Shown here one piece after another: positions 62,397-64,000 of a DNA stretch of 64,000 nucleotides. The stretch comes from Candidatus Poribacteria bacterium. GTDB lineage: Bacteria; Poribacteria; WGA-4E; JAJDTR01. The notes below the pieces were generated by a model, which ran no database searches, was not told the DNA's origin, and saw only the letters and a program-made list of their open reading frames with translations. The stretch's first letter is position 1. Each line of letters starts with the position of its first letter. The translations under genes were made by a program, and so were the position numbers. Where the stretch lies: positions 2,656,001-2,720,000 of the forward strand of contig CBDCTK010000002.1 in the NCBI GenBank assembly GCA_965222225.1, given 5' to 3'.

Positions 62397-64000
62397 TCAG
62401 GCGCGGCTCATCAAACCTCGGATTACGTAGTCCAAGATTCCGCCGTGCTTATAGTACTCAACCTCGATTGAGGCGTCGATTCGGACGAGCAGTTCGGTTT
62501 CCCGCCTCTCGCCGGATGCGCTAATAATCTCCATCGTAACCGTCTGTCCCGGTTGGAGGTCTTCCGTCACTCCGGTAATGTTGATAACCTCGCTCCCATC
62601 CAAGCCGAGGGATTGTACGTTTTCACCATTTTGGAACTGCAGAGGCAAGATCCCCATGCCGATTAGGTTGCTGCGGTGAATGCGCTCAAAGCTTTCCACG
62701 ATGACCGCTTTGACGCCCTGTAACTTCGGCCCCTTCGCCGCCCAATCCCGCGAGCTGCCCATGCCGTAGTCGTTCCCTGCAAAGATGACGGTTGATATAT
62801 CGTTTTGAATGTAGTGCATCGCCGCTTCGTAGATGGTCGTCTGTTTCTCTTCGGGGTATTGAATCGTGAATCCGCCTTCGACGCCCGGCAGCATGAGGTT
62901 CTTGACACGTTTGTTGGCGAAGGTTCCGCGAGCCATCACGCGATCGTTGCCGCGGCGCGCGCCGTAAGTATTGAAATCTCGCCTCTCAACACCGTGGTCG
63001 ATGAGGTACTGCCCCGCGGGGCTTTCCACAGCGATTGACCCGGCGGGCGAGATGTGGTCGGTCGTGACTGAACCGCCGAAGATTCCGAGGATGCGCGCTC
63101 CCTTGATATCGGAGATTGGGTGCGGTTCCAAGTTGAAGTTTTCAAAGAACGGCGGTTTTTGGACGTAGGTGCTGTCGTCCCGCCACGGATAGAGCGCGCC
63201 TTCCGCGCCCTCCAAGTCGTCCCATTCGGGCACACGGGCGCTTATGCCCTCGTATGTCCGCTTGAACGTGGCGGCATCGACAAATTGACCGATGAGATTA
63301 GTTATCTCCGAGTGCGAGGGCCAAATGTCCCGTAGGTAGACCGCTTCGCCATCGTCGTTATGTCCGAGCGGCTCTGTGGTGAGATCGATGTCAATACGTC
63401 CGGCGATGCCGAAGGCAACCACTAGCGGCGGTGACATCAGGAAGTTCGCTTTGACGTCGGGATGAACCCGCGCTTCAAAATTCCGATTCCCGCTGAGAAC
63501 GCTGGCGGTCACGAGGTTGCGATTGCCAATCGCCTCCTGTACCACTTCGCCGAGCGGTCCGCTGTTGCCGATGCAGGTCGTACAACCGTAACCCACCACG
63601 CCGAATCCCAGTTTTTCGAGATAACGGAGTAGCCCGGTATTCTGCAGGTATTCCGTCACAACCCGCGATCCGGGCGCGAGGCTGGTTTTGACGTGATCGG
63701 GAACTGAGAGCCCCTTTTCGACCGCGTTCTTGGCGAGCAAGCCGGCGCCAATCATGACCGACGGATTGCTTGTGTTCGTGCAACTGGTAATTGCGGCAAT
63801 TACAACGGCGCCGTGCGTAACATCGTGATGATCCGTCTGAATTTCGTCGCCCCCCAAGCCGTAACCACCCTCGGTTATCGGCTGCGCCAGCAGGTCTCGG
63901 AATACCTCCTTTACCTTTGGCAACTCAATCCTATCTTGGGGACGCTTGGGGCCCGCAATGCTCGGCTCGATTGCGTTGAGATCAATCTCCAGAACGTCGG
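62397..64000 (-). CDS. acnA: Aconitate hydratase A, 5' part outside the window
   Basis: AAITSCTNTSN, GYGCTTCIGNSG, SGNRNFE, TTDHISPAG, GSSRDWAAKG; frame open to the window edge. Confidence 0.97.
   Translation of the reverse strand, partial: DVLEIDLNAIEPSIAGPKRPQDRIELPKVKEVFRDLLAQPITEGGYGLGGDEIQTDHHDVTHGAVVIAAITSCTNTSNPSVMIGAGLLAKNAVEKGLSVPDHVKTSLAPGSRVVTEYLQNTGLLRYLEKLGFGVVGYGCTTCIGNSGPLGEVVQEAIGNRNLVTASVLSGNRNFEARVHPDVKANFLMSPPLVVAFGIAGRIDIDLTTEPLGHNDDGEAVYLRDIWPSHSEITNLIGQFVDAATFKRTYEGISARVPEWDDLEGAEGALYPWRDDSTYVQKPPFFENFNLEPHPISDIKGARILGIFGGSVTTDHISPAGSIAVESPAGQYLIDHGVERRDFNTYGARRGNDRVMARGTFANKRVKNLMLPGVEGGFTIQYPEEKQTTIYEAAMHYIQNDISTVIFAGNDYGMGSSRDWAAKGPKLQGVKAVIVESFERIHRSNLIGMGILPLQFQNGENVQSLGLDGSEVINITGVTEDLQPGQTVTMEIISASGERRETELLVRIDASIEVEYYKHGGILDYVIRGLMSRA

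Overview
Bacterial genomic window. The gene repertoire (secreted internalin-like LRR protein, PhyH dioxygenases, sulfatase, TonB receptor) resembles Candidatus Poribacteria; this is inference, not a database result. Core genes (rnj, leuS, comM, gdh, dnaE, acnA) alternate with accessory DNA: a frameshifted exonuclease-RecQ-UvrD fusion, an AT-rich IS1595/IS701 island with a decaying gamma-glutamylation operon, and a type I CRISPR-Cas locus (WYL, cas6, cas3 with C-terminal HD, cas8 with an internal cas11-like start, cas7, cas5, cas1, cas2, cas4, 12 repeats/11 spacers). The most unusual signal is a 30-nt dispersed repeat, GATCAA-N1-GA-N2-GRATA-N2'-GA-N1'-GCGATAG, in several dozen full or partial copies. 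Its four variable dinucleotides co-vary as base pairs around tandem G.A mismatches. It is found inserted into other hairpins and into genes. As inverted pairs it bounds eight cassettes inserted at one fixed position of the CRISPR repeat, and four of these carry what looks like a captured spacer plus half-repeat. No enzyme that could mobilise it is identifiable in this window. A leucine-codon leader-peptide attenuator precedes leuS.
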